The position numbers and the translations under genes are program-made. A stretch of DNA of 64,000 nt from the human T2T-CHM13v2.0 reference genome, Homo sapiens, in the NCBI RefSeq assembly GCF_009914755.1, contig NC_060947.1. One strand, given 5' to 3'. Below the pieces are notes generated by a model that was not told the origin of the DNA, made no database searches, and saw only the letters and a program-made list of their open reading frames with translations. Shown here piece after piece: positions 43,507 through 57,885 of the stretch (positions are counted from its first letter, which is position 1; the number at the start of each line of letters is the position of its first letter).

Positions 43507-44287
43507 TAATCAAATAACATTAAATTGGGTTATATTATTAAACTTAATGAGTGTCTACTGCTTACCTTATGTCTGGATGACAATGGACAGGTGCTTATTT
43601 ATTTTAAATCTACTCATTATTTATATAAAAGCTTTATAATTTCTCAGGTTGGTATTTTTTAAAGTTTATATTTAATTTATATTACAAATGATTCATACTA
43701 TCCACTATGAAGATTTTACATTGTATGATGGAAAAATGCTTCATACATAATTTGCCTATAATAAATGTTAGGAATTTTATGGAAACACTCATTTTCATTT
43801 TGAGAAATACAACAAGAGTCAGAAAAAAAGAGAAACAAAATGTTTGAAACAAGTATTACCATGAAGTGACTTTTTTTGTTTTTTGCATTTCACAAATGCA
43901 CAAAATTTGTGTTAAGGTTCATTTTGAAAGACCCAATGGTCTTTCAAAAAAAAATGGTCTATTAAAAAACTATTGAAAATTATTTAAAAACTATAAAAAA
44001 CTCTCACAAAAATAATTTTATCTGGAGAGAAACCATTCTTATTCATCTTTGTATCTCCCATGATATAATGGCACTTTTGTTGTTGTTTTTTTCATTTATG
44101 AGCTGTGAGGATATCAAAGCCAATTCTTTTTAGAAGTTAAAATTTTAAAATTTAAAACCAGAGAAAAATCTTGGGATAGAATATACCTGTATTATAGTAT
44201 AGAGCTATGTTCTTTTGATGAGCAATACTATAATACATAGCACTATTATTATAATATTAGATTAATTTTCTGTGTGAAGTTGGCTGC

Positions 44288-44420
44288 TTTCTCTTCCCTT
44301 TCCTCTCTTTTCTCCTATTCTGTCTCTCCTTTTTCTTTCCCTTCTTTCCATTCCTCTCTTTGAATCTTCTATGTTCTCTTCCTCTTTTTCCCATATCTAG
44401 TCCTCCCTTCTCCTCCTCAT
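44288..44420. repeat. CT-rich low-complexity tract
   Basis: About 130 bp of almost pure pyrimidines. Confidence 0.7.
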
Positions 44421-45389
44421 ACTGAAGTAATTCAAAATCTGCTACTAGGAATTGTTCAGTTAATATATCTTAAGACATGTGTCATGTTGACATATATTGT
44501 TAACTTAATGTGTCTTCCTCTTTGCTGAGGGATATGTTGTCTTAATCTTTTTTTCCCCCAAACATTGCAATTTACTTCTCTCTCTCATACAAATAACCAT
44601 AAACTAATTATAGCAATCAATTCGCATGCAGTAATTACATTACCTATGATAATTATAATATGTGTCACCTGGACCTGTATTTGTTTTAATGGGAATCAAT
44701 AATTCTCAAGTGGGCAGAAGTGTGTAGCTGATTATGTGTTCAAGTGATCAGAGATTAGGCAGCATTTGATTAAATGAACTGCCTGGATATTTTGCAATTA
44801 CTTTTGATCAGTCTGCTATGGCCACTGCTCCTGGCTGTCATGTGATGCAGTTGTCGAACACTAGTCTTACATACTGTGGTAGAGGACACAGACCAGTGCA
44901 GATCCGGAACTCAATACAATCGCTTAGGGTTCTTCCAAAGAGAATGATTATACTACTCAATGTGAATAAGCTCAGCTGTCCAAGGCTACCCATTCTTGGG
45001 CTTCCAAGAATTCACTTCTTGATTCAAATATATATCCATTTCACAGGGAACCAACTGGCTGAAGGAACCCTAAATTGGGTTTGGTTTTCTGCATCTATTA
45101 CCTCATATACCCAGACTCTCCATCACCTTCACTATCCAGGAATCTGCTACTAGGGGTTAGGCAGGTTTTCAAACCACAGTGGGCCTGATGAGACCCTGTT
45201 TCTTTGGACAGTGTTTATCACACATCCTTCAGAGGGAGGCTACCTGCTGTGATACTAGAAGGCCTCAAGAAAGTCCATCCTTCCTGATTCAATGTTGCTT
45301 ACACTTCTTAAATAAAAAAAGCTACTGTCATTGGATTCCCAACATTTCTTGTGAAAAAAAAAAAGAAAAGAGAAAGAAGAAGAAAAGAA

Positions 45390-45806
<417 letters not shown>

Positions 45807-45894
45807 TCAATTTATGAAATTTTGATTTCAAATGCATATTAGCATAGTCAATGTTCTGAGAAGTCCTTACAAAAAAATAGATTTAACTGTATTC

Positions 45895-47660
45895 ATTCAG
45901 CTTCTTGGATCTGTAGGTTTGTGTTTTGTTTGCCAGATTTGTAAATTTTTCATCTATTATTTCTTCAGATACCTTTTTAGCCCTACCCTCTTTCTTCTCT
46001 CCAGAACTCTGAAGAAATGAACATTAGATCTTTTGTTATAATCCTACACAAACTTCAGGCTCTGTTAATTTTTTTATAGGCTATTTTCTTTCTGTTGTTC
46101 AAATAGATTAAATATGATTTTTTTCAATTTCTTTGATTCTTTCCTCTTCAAAAGATTCTCTGATCTTTTCCTCTCCAGAGTGGTCCTCTCCATTCTGCTG
46201 TTAAACCCATCCACTGAGTTTTTATTTTTGTTATTGTAATTTTTATTCGAGTTTCCATTTGATTCTTTTATAATTAATCCATTATGATTATACAGTTTTA
46301 TAGGGTACAATTTTATGTTTTGATACATCTATAGGTTGTATAATGATCAAATTAGGATATTTAACATATTTGTCACCTCATACATTTATCATTTGACTCT
46401 TATTTATATCTTTTGTTTTTTCTGGGACTTTCCATATCTTTGCAGAAACTTTCTATTTTTTTTTTTTTCATTTGTTTCAATGTGTTTGTGGTTGCTTGTT
46501 GGGAGATTTTTATGATGGCTGTTTTAAAATTCTTCCCAAATAATTCTAACAATTCTGTCATTCTGGTGTTGGTGTCTGTTGCTTGCTTTATCACTTTTAT
46601 ATGGAGATTTCCCTGCTTCATGGTATGATGAGTGATTTTCAATTGAAATCTGGACATTTTCTGAATTTTATTATGAAACTCCAAACTTCATTTAAATTTT
46701 CTGCTTTAGCAGGCCTTATCTGACACCACTCCAGTGAGAAAGGGGGCACTGCCTCATTATTTCCAGGGATAGCGGAAATCCCAATTTCCCACTCAACTTC
46801 TGTTAACACACAGGAGGTGCAGGGGCTCCTACTTACTGCTAGGTGGGGCTAGGGTATACCTTTTTTCTACTAGGCCTCTGCTGTTATCTGTTGTAGGGAA
46901 TGGCAGAGTGGCCTCATTACTACTCACTACGTGGCCTCCCTGAACTTTGGGGGGCTAGCCTCACTACTGTTGTGCTGAAGTGAGGGACCTGACTTTTCAC
47001 TAAGTCTTCTCTGATACCATCTACTCTGGTGGGGAGGAAGAAGGGCACCTCCTTACTACAGGGTTGTGCCTGGCAATAAATTTTGGGTTCTCCATTCAGC
47101 TTTGCACCTGAAAGGGGGAGTTGCTTGTCATTGCTAGCTTAAGATGGGAGCTCTGGCTTTCCACTAGGTCTCCACTGATACTTCCTTGGCTGAGAAGAGT
47201 AAGAGTGACTAATTACTACTTTCTGCACAATCTTCTCTGATATCAACCTGAAGCGGGGGCTGGGGGCTAAGGATCCTTGTTACAGTTTGGCAATGGTAGA
47301 AGTCTACACCCTCCTCTTGGCTGGTGTGTGTTGGGTGGGGCTGCATTTTTTTCCTGTGGTGTTTGGCTGGAGTTAAAAAGTTATCATCTAACATTCTCTC
47401 CCTTGGTAAGCTGTCTCTTTCCAGGACGTTTGGCTACTGAGAACAGGCTTTTGTTAAGACTTTCTTTTTTTTTTTTTTTTTTGGTCTGTTGGTGCTTCCA
47501 GGTTACTGGCTTTTCCAGTACCCAGTCTGGGATACATAAGGCAAAAAGAAAACCCAGGGAGCTCACCATCATGTCTTTCCTTGAGTTCTGAGGTCTCTGG
47601 CCAATGTCTGGCTTTCTCTTCACACTGTGTTTGCAGAAATCACTTTCTCTTAGACGTTCC
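45895..47660 (-). mobile_element. Old L1 (L1MC/MD) ORF1 and 5' region
   Basis: Minus-strand ORF1-like peptides (KNSVDGFNSRME; MTELLELFGKNFKTAIIK) followed by a repetitive GC-richer 5' UTR. Confidence 0.7.
46268..46392 (-). mobile_element. Very short L1MA 3'-terminal insertion
   Basis: TTTATAGGGTACAA...TTTTGATACAT...AATGATCAAATTAGG; flanked by CATTTGA(T/C)TCTT direct repeat. Confidence 0.6.
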
Positions 47661-47714
47661 AAGGATTTTTTCTCTTTTTTGTTAATCCTATTTAATTCTT
47701 TTTTTTTTTTTTAA

Positions 47715-48810
47715 GTATGTATCTTGGTGTTGGTAATTCTGGATTGATGTTCTCAGGAACTTGGTGTGTTCTTTCAATATGTTGTTTCAATTTTTTTTTT
47801 AGTTTGCATTTGTTCAGTTACCTTGTTATTGATTTCTTCCTCAGTGATTCTTGTGATTTATATGTTGACTCGCGTTTACATGCTTTCAACATTTGACACT
47901 TTTTATTAAATCATTATCATATTTTTTAATTTCTTTTTTTTTTGCATTTCAAGAAATTTCCTCTGTTTGACCTGTATCCGTTTTGTTTCTTTGTCTATTC
48001 CTTTGAATTTAGAAGGAACATTTTTGAAATTAATTTTTTCTTTTATTTCCAATTGTTTTGTTAGTTGTCACTTAAGTTTTTTTTTTAACAATATCTAACT
48101 CTGCTTTATATTGCTTTTTTGCGTATTGTATAATTTTCTTAATGTCTGTTAGCTCATTTTTAAATAGTAAGTATTCATTTTAATCAATTTTTATGAGCTG
48201 GAGGGATGCTATTCTGCTCCTTATTTTTTTTTTAAATCTTATAGTAACTTATGTGAGATTGTCCTCAATAATATTCCATTGCTCATGCTTATGTACAATT
48301 AGGTTTCTTAAACTTCCAGATGAAGGCAAGATAGTTTTGTAGTTTTGTCTTGGTGTAGTGCCTTGCTCTAGAAGGAAGCCCTGGCTAGTCATTTTCAAAT
48401 GTATATCAATCTACACTACTGTAGTCGCTTCAGTCATAAATGCTGACCCCTTGAGCTCACTGACTTTTGGAAGGGGCCAAACGCCTCTCAATTTCAGTTA
48501 CTTTCTCGACTTTGCCTACTGTGCTTTCCTGTGAACACTTCTTTGCTATTTTGGCATTCTTGTGTTTTCAGGTTCAACCACCCTATTGTGCCTCTCTGCT
48601 CATTTCCACACTGACCTTGATAACGTCCTGGTCTTGTGGCTATGGGTGGTGTTTTTCTCCACCACTTGTGTTTTAAGAATCATGAGAACACCTTGTCACC
48701 TAGTGCAGTTGTAAATATTGTCTCTGGTTTTTTGGTGTTGCTGTCAGGTTGCTCTGTTTCTCTAAGGAGATTCTGGGAGTTTCAAAAACTGCCATCACCA
48801 TCATCTTCTC
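47715..48810 (-). mobile_element. HAL1/old L1-like remnant (tentative)
   Basis: GGTGTGTTCTTTCAATATGT motif and T-rich antisense ORF1-like composition. Confidence 0.4.
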
Positions 48811-51803
48811 AGAATCATCTTTTATTACACTTAGTTTGCTCACAGCTTGAGAAAGATTATCTTGTTTTGGACTCTCAACAGCCTTATGGGGCAATTATTT
48901 TTATTATTTCTATATTTTAGATGAGTCAACTGAAGCTAAGTTTAACACAGCTAATATGTGGTGGAGCAAGGACTTAGGTCTGGTAGAAATTAAATCTTAT
49001 GCTTTAACTATCAGATATTGCTTCACTACTGGTGTAAATGGGGTGTAGTTTGGGGCAGAGTTTGGGAGGAATAACCTATGTTTTTGAATTAAATAATTTT
49101 TCCTTAAGTCCAACATTTAATGAGCACTTACAATATGCTAGCTATTGGGTGTAGCCTTGGAAATACAAGAGTGAAAAAAAGTGATGAGATTCTTGTTATC
49201 AGGAAGCAATAAAAATCATTAAATCAGGAGATAGCATTGGCCACACAGGTTGTACCAATATTCATTTGCATGCATAACTAAGCATTTTGAAAACCAGTTT
49301 AGATCTGTGTGCAAAGAAGAACATAACACACCAAGGTGAAATTTGTTAAAGTTTAGAGTCCTTTCAGATTAACAAGTTTGCAAAATCTGTGTTCTCATTA
49401 ATTAGTTTCCCAATGTGATGTGTTAACAGTAGACTGGTTTATATTTTATTAAAAGTAATTTTGAACATATATTACCTAGTGCTTTCAGCAGATGAACAGA
49501 AATTGGAAGAGTATATCCTTTATTAACTTTCTCCTCACCTGTAAGGCTGTGTTTTATTTCAAAAAATAGAAAAAAGCTGCTATGACTATCACTGTTTTGA
49601 ATCATCCTTTTATAGATGAGAAGCTGCAAGTTCAATGAATATTGTACATATTTTTAAAAATATTAAGCTATGAATTGTGCTAAAATTCATGTTAGACTCT
49701 TGGCTTTTTTCTCCCCCTCCTTTAGAGAAAGAGTTGGAGGTTAGGGATGCCTCTACATTAAAGTTGTGTTTCTGGGAAGTAATAAATTTAGAACTGATGA
49801 AATTAGAAAAGCCTAATTTTCTCAGGGCCTGAAAATCTGCAGGAAGACTGACAAAACTGCTTTAAAAGGCTGCTTTCGGGAAATAAAAAGAAAGGGACCT
49901 GTTAGGGTCTTCTTCCCTTCTCCTTGGCTGCAGGAGTAATGCTTCTTTCTGGTAATTGGCCTGACTTCATTTACACTTACATTTATTATTAATGTCAAGA
50001 ATAACATTTTCTGCTGCTGTGCTTGTTCCATGTAAACTGATCCTCTACAGCATTTTGCCAATCATTATACAGTGCTTGGTTTTTTTTAAGTTTTTCTTGG
50101 TGAAGGCGGCAGAGGAATAATACAGTATTTTATGTCAATAACAACCTCTTGTTTTTCTTTCTTCCAGCTTTATGAGGTAAGATTTAACAAATAAAAATTG
50201 TATAAATTTAAGGTATACATTGTTATGTTTTGATACACATATACATTGTGAAATGATTACCACAGTAAAACTAATTAACATGTAAATTACATCACATATT
50301 TACCTTTTTGTGTTTGTGGTGAGAACACTTGAGATCTGCCCTCTTAGCAAATACATTACGTCTCTAGAATTTATTCCTCTTCTAACTGAAAGTTTGTACC
50401 CTTTCACCAACTTCTTCCCATTTTCCTCACCCTCCCAGCCCTTGGTAATGACCATTCTGCAATCTGTTTCTGAGTTTGAATTTTTAGATTTCACGCTAAG
50501 AGAAACAATGTACTATTTCTCTTTATGTCTCTAGATTATTTCATTTAGTATAATGTCCTCCGTGTTCATCAATGTTGTCACAAATATCAGGATCTCCTTG
50601 TTTTTAAGGGCTGAATAATATTCCATTGTATATATACATTACATTTTCTTTATTCATTTATATATTGATGGACACTTAGGTTGCTTCCATATCTTGGCTA
50701 TTGTGAATAATGCTGCAAAGAACATGAGAACGTAGATATCCCATTAGCATGGTGATTTAATTTCCTTAGGAAATTCCCCAGAAGTGGGATGGCTGAATCA
50801 CATTGTAGGTCTATTTTCAAGGTGTTGAGGAACATCCACACTGTTTTCCATAATGGCTGTACGAATTTACATCCCCACCCACAGTTTACAAGGGTTCCCT
50901 ATTCCCCCCATCTTTGCTAACAATTGATGTTTTTACTGTTTTTTATAATAGCCAATCTAACAGGTAATGGAGTAATATTTCATCATGGTTTTAATTTGCA
51001 TTTCCCTAATGATTAGTGATGTTGCACACATTTTCATGTGCTTGTTAGCCATCATTTTTTTGTCTTTGGAAAAATGACTATTCAAGTCTTTTGCATATTG
51101 TTCATTGGATTATTCGGTGTTTTATAATCTTTCAAAAGTATTTAGTTGTATGAGTTAGTTGTATATTTTAGATATTAACCCCTTATCAGATATGTGATTT
51201 GTAAATATGTCCTCCTATTCTGTAGGTTGCCTTTTCATTTAGTGGTTTCCTTTGCTATGCAGAAATGTTTTAGTTTAATGTAGTTCCAATTGTTTATCTT
51301 TGCATTTGTTGCCTATCCTTTTGGTGTCACGTTAAAAAAAAAAAAACAAAAAAACAAACAAAAAAAAAAACACTGCTGAGACAAATGTCAAGGAGCTTTC
51401 CTCTGTTTTCTTCTAGGAATTTTACAGTTTTATGAGTTATATTTAAGTCTTAATCAGTTTTGAGTTGATGTTTGTGTGTGATGTAAGATAAGAGTCTATG
51501 TTTCTTCTTTTTGAATATGGATATCCAGTTTTCCCAGTGCCACTTATTGAGGAGACTATGCTTTCCCTATTGTGCATTCTTGGTACCTTTCTTGAAGATT
51601 ACTTAACTGTCTATGTGTGGGTTTATTAATGGACTCCATTCTGTTCCATTGGCCTATGTGTCTGTCTTTATGCCAGTACCATACTGTTTTAATTACTATA
51701 GCTTTGTACTGTAGTTTGGACTCAAGTAGTGTAATGCCTCCAGCTTTGTTCTTCTTCCTCAAGAGTCTTTTAGCTATTCTGAGGTTTTTGTGGTTCCATA
51801 TGA

Positions 51804-52566
<763 letters not shown>

Positions 52567-52647
52567 CTTCTTCATTTTTAAAAATCAATACTTTACAGTT
52601 TTCAGTGTACAGATATTGTACCTCTGTGGTTAACTTATCCCTAAGTA

Positions 52648-53090
52648 CAGTTGACCCTTAAACAACACAGGTTTGAACCACACAGGTTTACAGATACATG
52701 GTTTTCTTTCACCTCTATCAGACCTGAGACAGGAAACCAAACCCCCACCTCTTCCTTCTCCTCTTCAGCCTAATTTATGTGAAGATGGTAACGATAAAGA
52801 GCTTTATGATAACCCACTTCCACTTAAGGAATAGTAAATATATTTTCTCTTTTTATGATTTTCTTAATAACATTTTCTTTAATCTAGCTTACTTTATTGT
52901 AAGAATACAGCATATGATACACATAACATACAAACTATGTGTTAATCAACTGTTTATGTTATCATCAAGGCTTACAGTCAACAGTAGGCAATTAGTAGTA
53001 AAGATTTTAGAGTGTCAAAGGTCATATGTGGATTTTCAACAGCATGGAAGTTAGTGCCTCTAACCCCCATGTTGCGCAAGGGTCCAGCTG
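52648..53090 (+). mobile_element. Tigger2a/MER28 (TcMar MITE)
   Basis: TIR CAGTTGACCCTT...AAGGGTCCAGCTG with TA TSD at 52646-52647 and 53091-53092. Confidence 0.9.
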
Positions 53091-54046
53091 TATTTTTTAA
53101 AATTTATTGTTAATTGTATTGTCTACTTAATTACTTTTTTAATAGTTAGTTGTTAGTATATAAATTCGCAACTGGTATTTTTATGTTGATTTTGTGTCTT
53201 GCAGCTTTATTGAATTCCTTTATTATTTCTAACAGGTTTTGGTGGATCGTTAGTGTTTTTACACAAGGTCATGTCACCTGCAAACACAGAAAATTTTACT
53301 TCTTTCTTTCTGATTTGGATGTCTTTTTTTTTCTTGTTTAATTTTTCTGGCAGGGACTTCTAGTACTATGTTGAATAGAAGTGGCAAAGGAGACATCTTT
53401 GTCTTATTCCTTATCTTAGAGGAAAAGTTTCAAATTTTCACTGTTGAATAGAATGTTAGCTGTGGGTTTGTCTTATAAGATTCTTATTATGTTATGTTGA
53501 GCTATGTTCCTTCTATATCTAATTTATTGAAAGTTTTTAATGATAAAAGTATGTTGAATTTTATCAAATTTTTTCTGCAACTATTAAGATGATTATATGA
53601 TGTTTGTCTTTCATCCTGTTAATGAGGTGTATCATATTTATTGATTTGTATATGTTTAATCATCATTGCATTCCAGAAATAAATCCCACTTGATCATGGT
53701 GTATGATCTTTTTAATGTGCTGCTGATTTCAGTTTGTTAGTATTTTGTTGAAGATATTTGTATCAATGTTTATCAGACATATTGAATATAATTTTTTTTA
53801 TAATGTCCTTGTCTGGATTTGGTAACAGGGTATTGCTGGTCTCATAAAGTGGTTTTGGAGGTGTTCTCTCCTCTCTTCAGTTTTTAAAAGAGTTTGTGAG
53901 GGATTGCTTATATTGTAATTTTGCTTTAAATATTTGGTAGAATTCACCAATAAAGCCATCTGTTCCTGGTGTTTTCTTTGTTAGATTTTTGATTACTGAT
54001 TCAGCCTCCTCATGTGTAATTAATCTGTTAAGATTTCCTATTTCTT

Positions 54047-54350
54047 TTCTCGTTTCTTTTTTTTTTCTTGAGACAGAGTCTCATTCTGTCACCCAGGCTG
54101 GGGTGCAGTGGCACAATCTTAGCTCACTGCAACCTCTACCTCCCAGGTTCAAGTGATTCTTCTGCCTCAGCCTCCTGAGTAGCTGGGATTACAGGCTCCC
54201 ACCACCATGCCCTGCTAATTTGTGTATTTTTAGTAGAGACAGGATTTCACCATGTTGGCCAGGCTGGGCTCGAACTCCTGACCTCAAGTGATCTGCCCAC
54301 CTCGGCCTCCCAAATTGCTGTGAATACAGGCATGAGCCACCGCACACAGC
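54047..54350 (-). mobile_element. AluSz-like
   Basis: Dimeric Alu; TSD AAGATTT(C/T)CTATTTCTT 54030-54046 / 54351-54367. Confidence 0.92.
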
Positions 54351-55004
54351 AAGATTTTCTATTTCTTCATAATTCTGTCTTGGTAAGTTGTATGTTTCCA
54401 GAAATTAATCTATTTCTTCTAGTTATTCAATTTGTTGGTGAATGATTCTTCATAGTAGCCTCTTAAGATTCTTTGTATCTTTGTGGTATCAGTTGTAATG
54501 CCTGGTCTTTTAGTTCTGATTTTATTTATTTGAGTCTTCTCTTGTTTTCTTAGTCTAGCTAAAAGATTGATAAAATTTGATAAAATTCAACATATTTTAT
54601 CAATTTTGTTTATCTTTGCAAAAAAAAAAATCCTCTTAGGTTGTGGATCTATTTGACTCTATCAATCATCTTTATTGTTTTTTTATCCTATGGTGGTATT
54701 TGTTAATTCTACAAAAGTCTGAAATAATTTTGCTATATGTTAACTCTAGTCTTAGTCCATCCAGACTAACCATTTCTCTATGATATATTCTACCATGTTG
54801 AACATTATATTTATACATTTATTTGTTTGTATTTAATTGTCCTTTTATGTAATTTTTTCCTCTCCATCCAAATTATAAGCTCCTATAAGGTGGGGCTCAT
54901 GCGTTATATTTTCCAATATTATCACTATGCCGAATACAGTAGTAAGCATTCAGTACATATTCAGTAAATAATCTATTTCCTGATTGATAGTATGTTTGCA
55001 TGTT

Positions 55005-55333
<329 letters not shown>

Positions 55334-57577
55334 TAATAGTATGTTTCTGTAAAAGAGCAATACAGTAACATTTCAGTTAACTGGTATGTTGGCAACAAAT
55401 TTATTTTGATTAATGGGTTTTCCATTTAACAGTTTTTATTGTTTTATTCAGTGCAGTTCTTTAAAGTGGGTTATTCCCTGCCTAGACTAGTGGGATCAAC
55501 CACCAAAACCTTCAAATATGTGCATTGATATTTGTTTACACTCTTAATTCTCTTATTTTTTGGAAGACAACTATGTTTCTCATGAAACTTCAACCAGAGT
55601 GATATGTCTGGAAAGAGGCCACATGAAAATGTTCAAAATTGTTACTAAAAATGTTACATAAACAGCATAAACTTAGAAGAAAAAATAAAATATTTACTCT
55701 GAAATTTGTATGTTTAAAATAATAGAGTCAGTAGAGCTTTATAAAAAAATGACAGCTTCCTACTTTTTAATTGAAGAATAAACATATAACACTGGCTACA
55801 CTAGATGGAGAGACTCAGAGGTAGTCATGGAATCAGATGGTGAGAAGAATGACCCATTTGTAATAACTAATCTCATTGCTGGTGTTTATTCCAACAATCT
55901 AGCATGGCATATTTTTCTTTTTCATTGTTTCTTCTTTATCCCTACCAAACTGTATGTCCTTGGATTAAGGCTACATGAATAGCTTCATGGCTTGCAGCAG
56001 TTCAGAGTAAGCAGGTGTAAAGGGACAGCCTTAAAATAGGAGTCTAATTTTTAAAATGGAAATATAACATTGGCTTTCGTCGTCTTAGCTGGCAAAGTAA
56101 GTCTAGGTTAATGACTGAAGAAATGGTGTTTCACTATGTATGGGGGGTGTAAAAACATGAGTCAACTGGCAGGCAGACAGATTCTATTCTCACTAGGTAA
56201 GAAAGTAACGATTATATATGACCAGGGCTGGATCATACAAAGCCTACCCTGAAGTTATACTCCTTAATTAAAGTAATTAATGAATGTTATTATGACTTTA
56301 GTGTAAATTGAATATTTCACCTGAAGATATCAAACAGACCACATTTGAGTCCAAATCTTTAGTTCTTCTGGATTTATATTAATTCCTTTGTCCCATTTTC
56401 ACATACGGATTTGCCAAGGTGCCAGTGGACTGGGTTCTGGTTAACCGAAGTATTACAGCATACGATGAAATAAAATAGTATTTAATATATTACATATTTA
56501 GTTTCTATTATATTTAAAGTTATACCTAAGTACATTCTTATTTCCTTTTAAAAAATTATTTTTGTGGGTACATAATGAGTGTATATATCTATGGGGTACA
56601 TGAGATTTTTTGATACAGGCATGCAATGTGAAATAAGGATGTCATAGAGAAGGGAGTATCCATCCCCTCAAGCACTTATCCTTCAAGTTACAAACAATCC
56701 AATTAAAAATTTTAAGTTATTTTAAAATGTACAATTAAGTTGTGATTGACTATGGTCACCCTATTCTGCTACCGATTTGTAGTCTTGTTTATTCGTTCTA
56801 ACTATATTTTTACCCATTAAACATTTCACCCTCACCCAAGCCCCCCATTACCCTTCCTAGTCTCAGGTAATCATTCTTCTACTCTCTATCCCCATGAGTT
56901 CAATTGCTTTGATTTTTAGATCGCACAAATAAGCGAGACCATGCCATGTTTGTCTTTCTGTGTTTGGTTTATTTCACTTAACATAATGATCACAAGTTCC
57001 ATCCATGTTGTTGCAAATGACTGGATTTCTTTATTTTGATGTCTGAATGGTATTCCATTGTGTATATCTATGACATTTTTTAAATCCATTCATCTATTGA
57101 TGGACACTTAGGTTGCATTCAAATCCTGGCTATTGTGAACAGTGCTGCAATAAACATACGAGTGCAGAAATCTTGTTGATATACTGATTTCCTTTCTTTT
57201 GGGTATATACACAGCAGTAGGATTGCAAGATCATATGATAGCACAATTTTTAGTTTTTTGAGGAATCTCCTAACTATTCTCCCTGGTGATTGTACTAATT
57301 TCCAATCCCAACAACTGTATATAAGAATTATTTTTTCTCCACATCCTCCCCAGCATTTGTTATTGCTTGTATTTTGGATATAAGCTATTTTAACTGGGGT
57401 GAGATGATATCTCATTGTAGTTTTGATTTGCATTTCTCTGATATCAGTGATGTTGAGCACCTTCTCATATGCCTGTTTGCCATTTGTATGTCTTGTTTTG
57501 AGAAATGTCTATTCAAATCTTTTGCTCATTTTTTGATTGGATTATTAGATTTTCTTCCTACAGAGTTATTTGAGCTC

Positions 57578-57885
57578 TTTTTTTTTCTTTCTTTTTTTTT
57601 TTTGAGACAGAGTTTCTCTCTTGTTGTCCAGGCTGGAGTGCAATGGCGTGCTCTCGGCTCACCACAACCTCTGCCGCCTGGGTTCAAGAGATTCTCCTGC
57701 CTCAGCCTCCTGACTAGCTGGGATTACAGGCATGCACCACCATGCCTAGCTAAATTTGTGTTTTTAGTAGAGATGGGGTTTCTCCATGTTGGTCAGGCTG
57801 GTCTCGAACTCCCGACCTCAGGTGATCTGCCCACCTCAGCCTCCCAAATTGCTGGGATTATAGGTGTGAGCCACCACGCCCAGCC
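57578..57885 (-). mobile_element. AluSp
   Basis: TTTCTCCATGTTGGTCAGG...CTCCCGACCTCAGG; TSD TTTGAGCTCTTT. Confidence 0.92.

Noticed and set aside
50146-50182. Polypyrimidine-CAG|CTTTATGAG|GTAAGA resembling a 9-nt microexon
   Set aside because: Formed from the antisense L1MA poly(A)/3' end; no upstream UGC enhancer and no host gene evidence.
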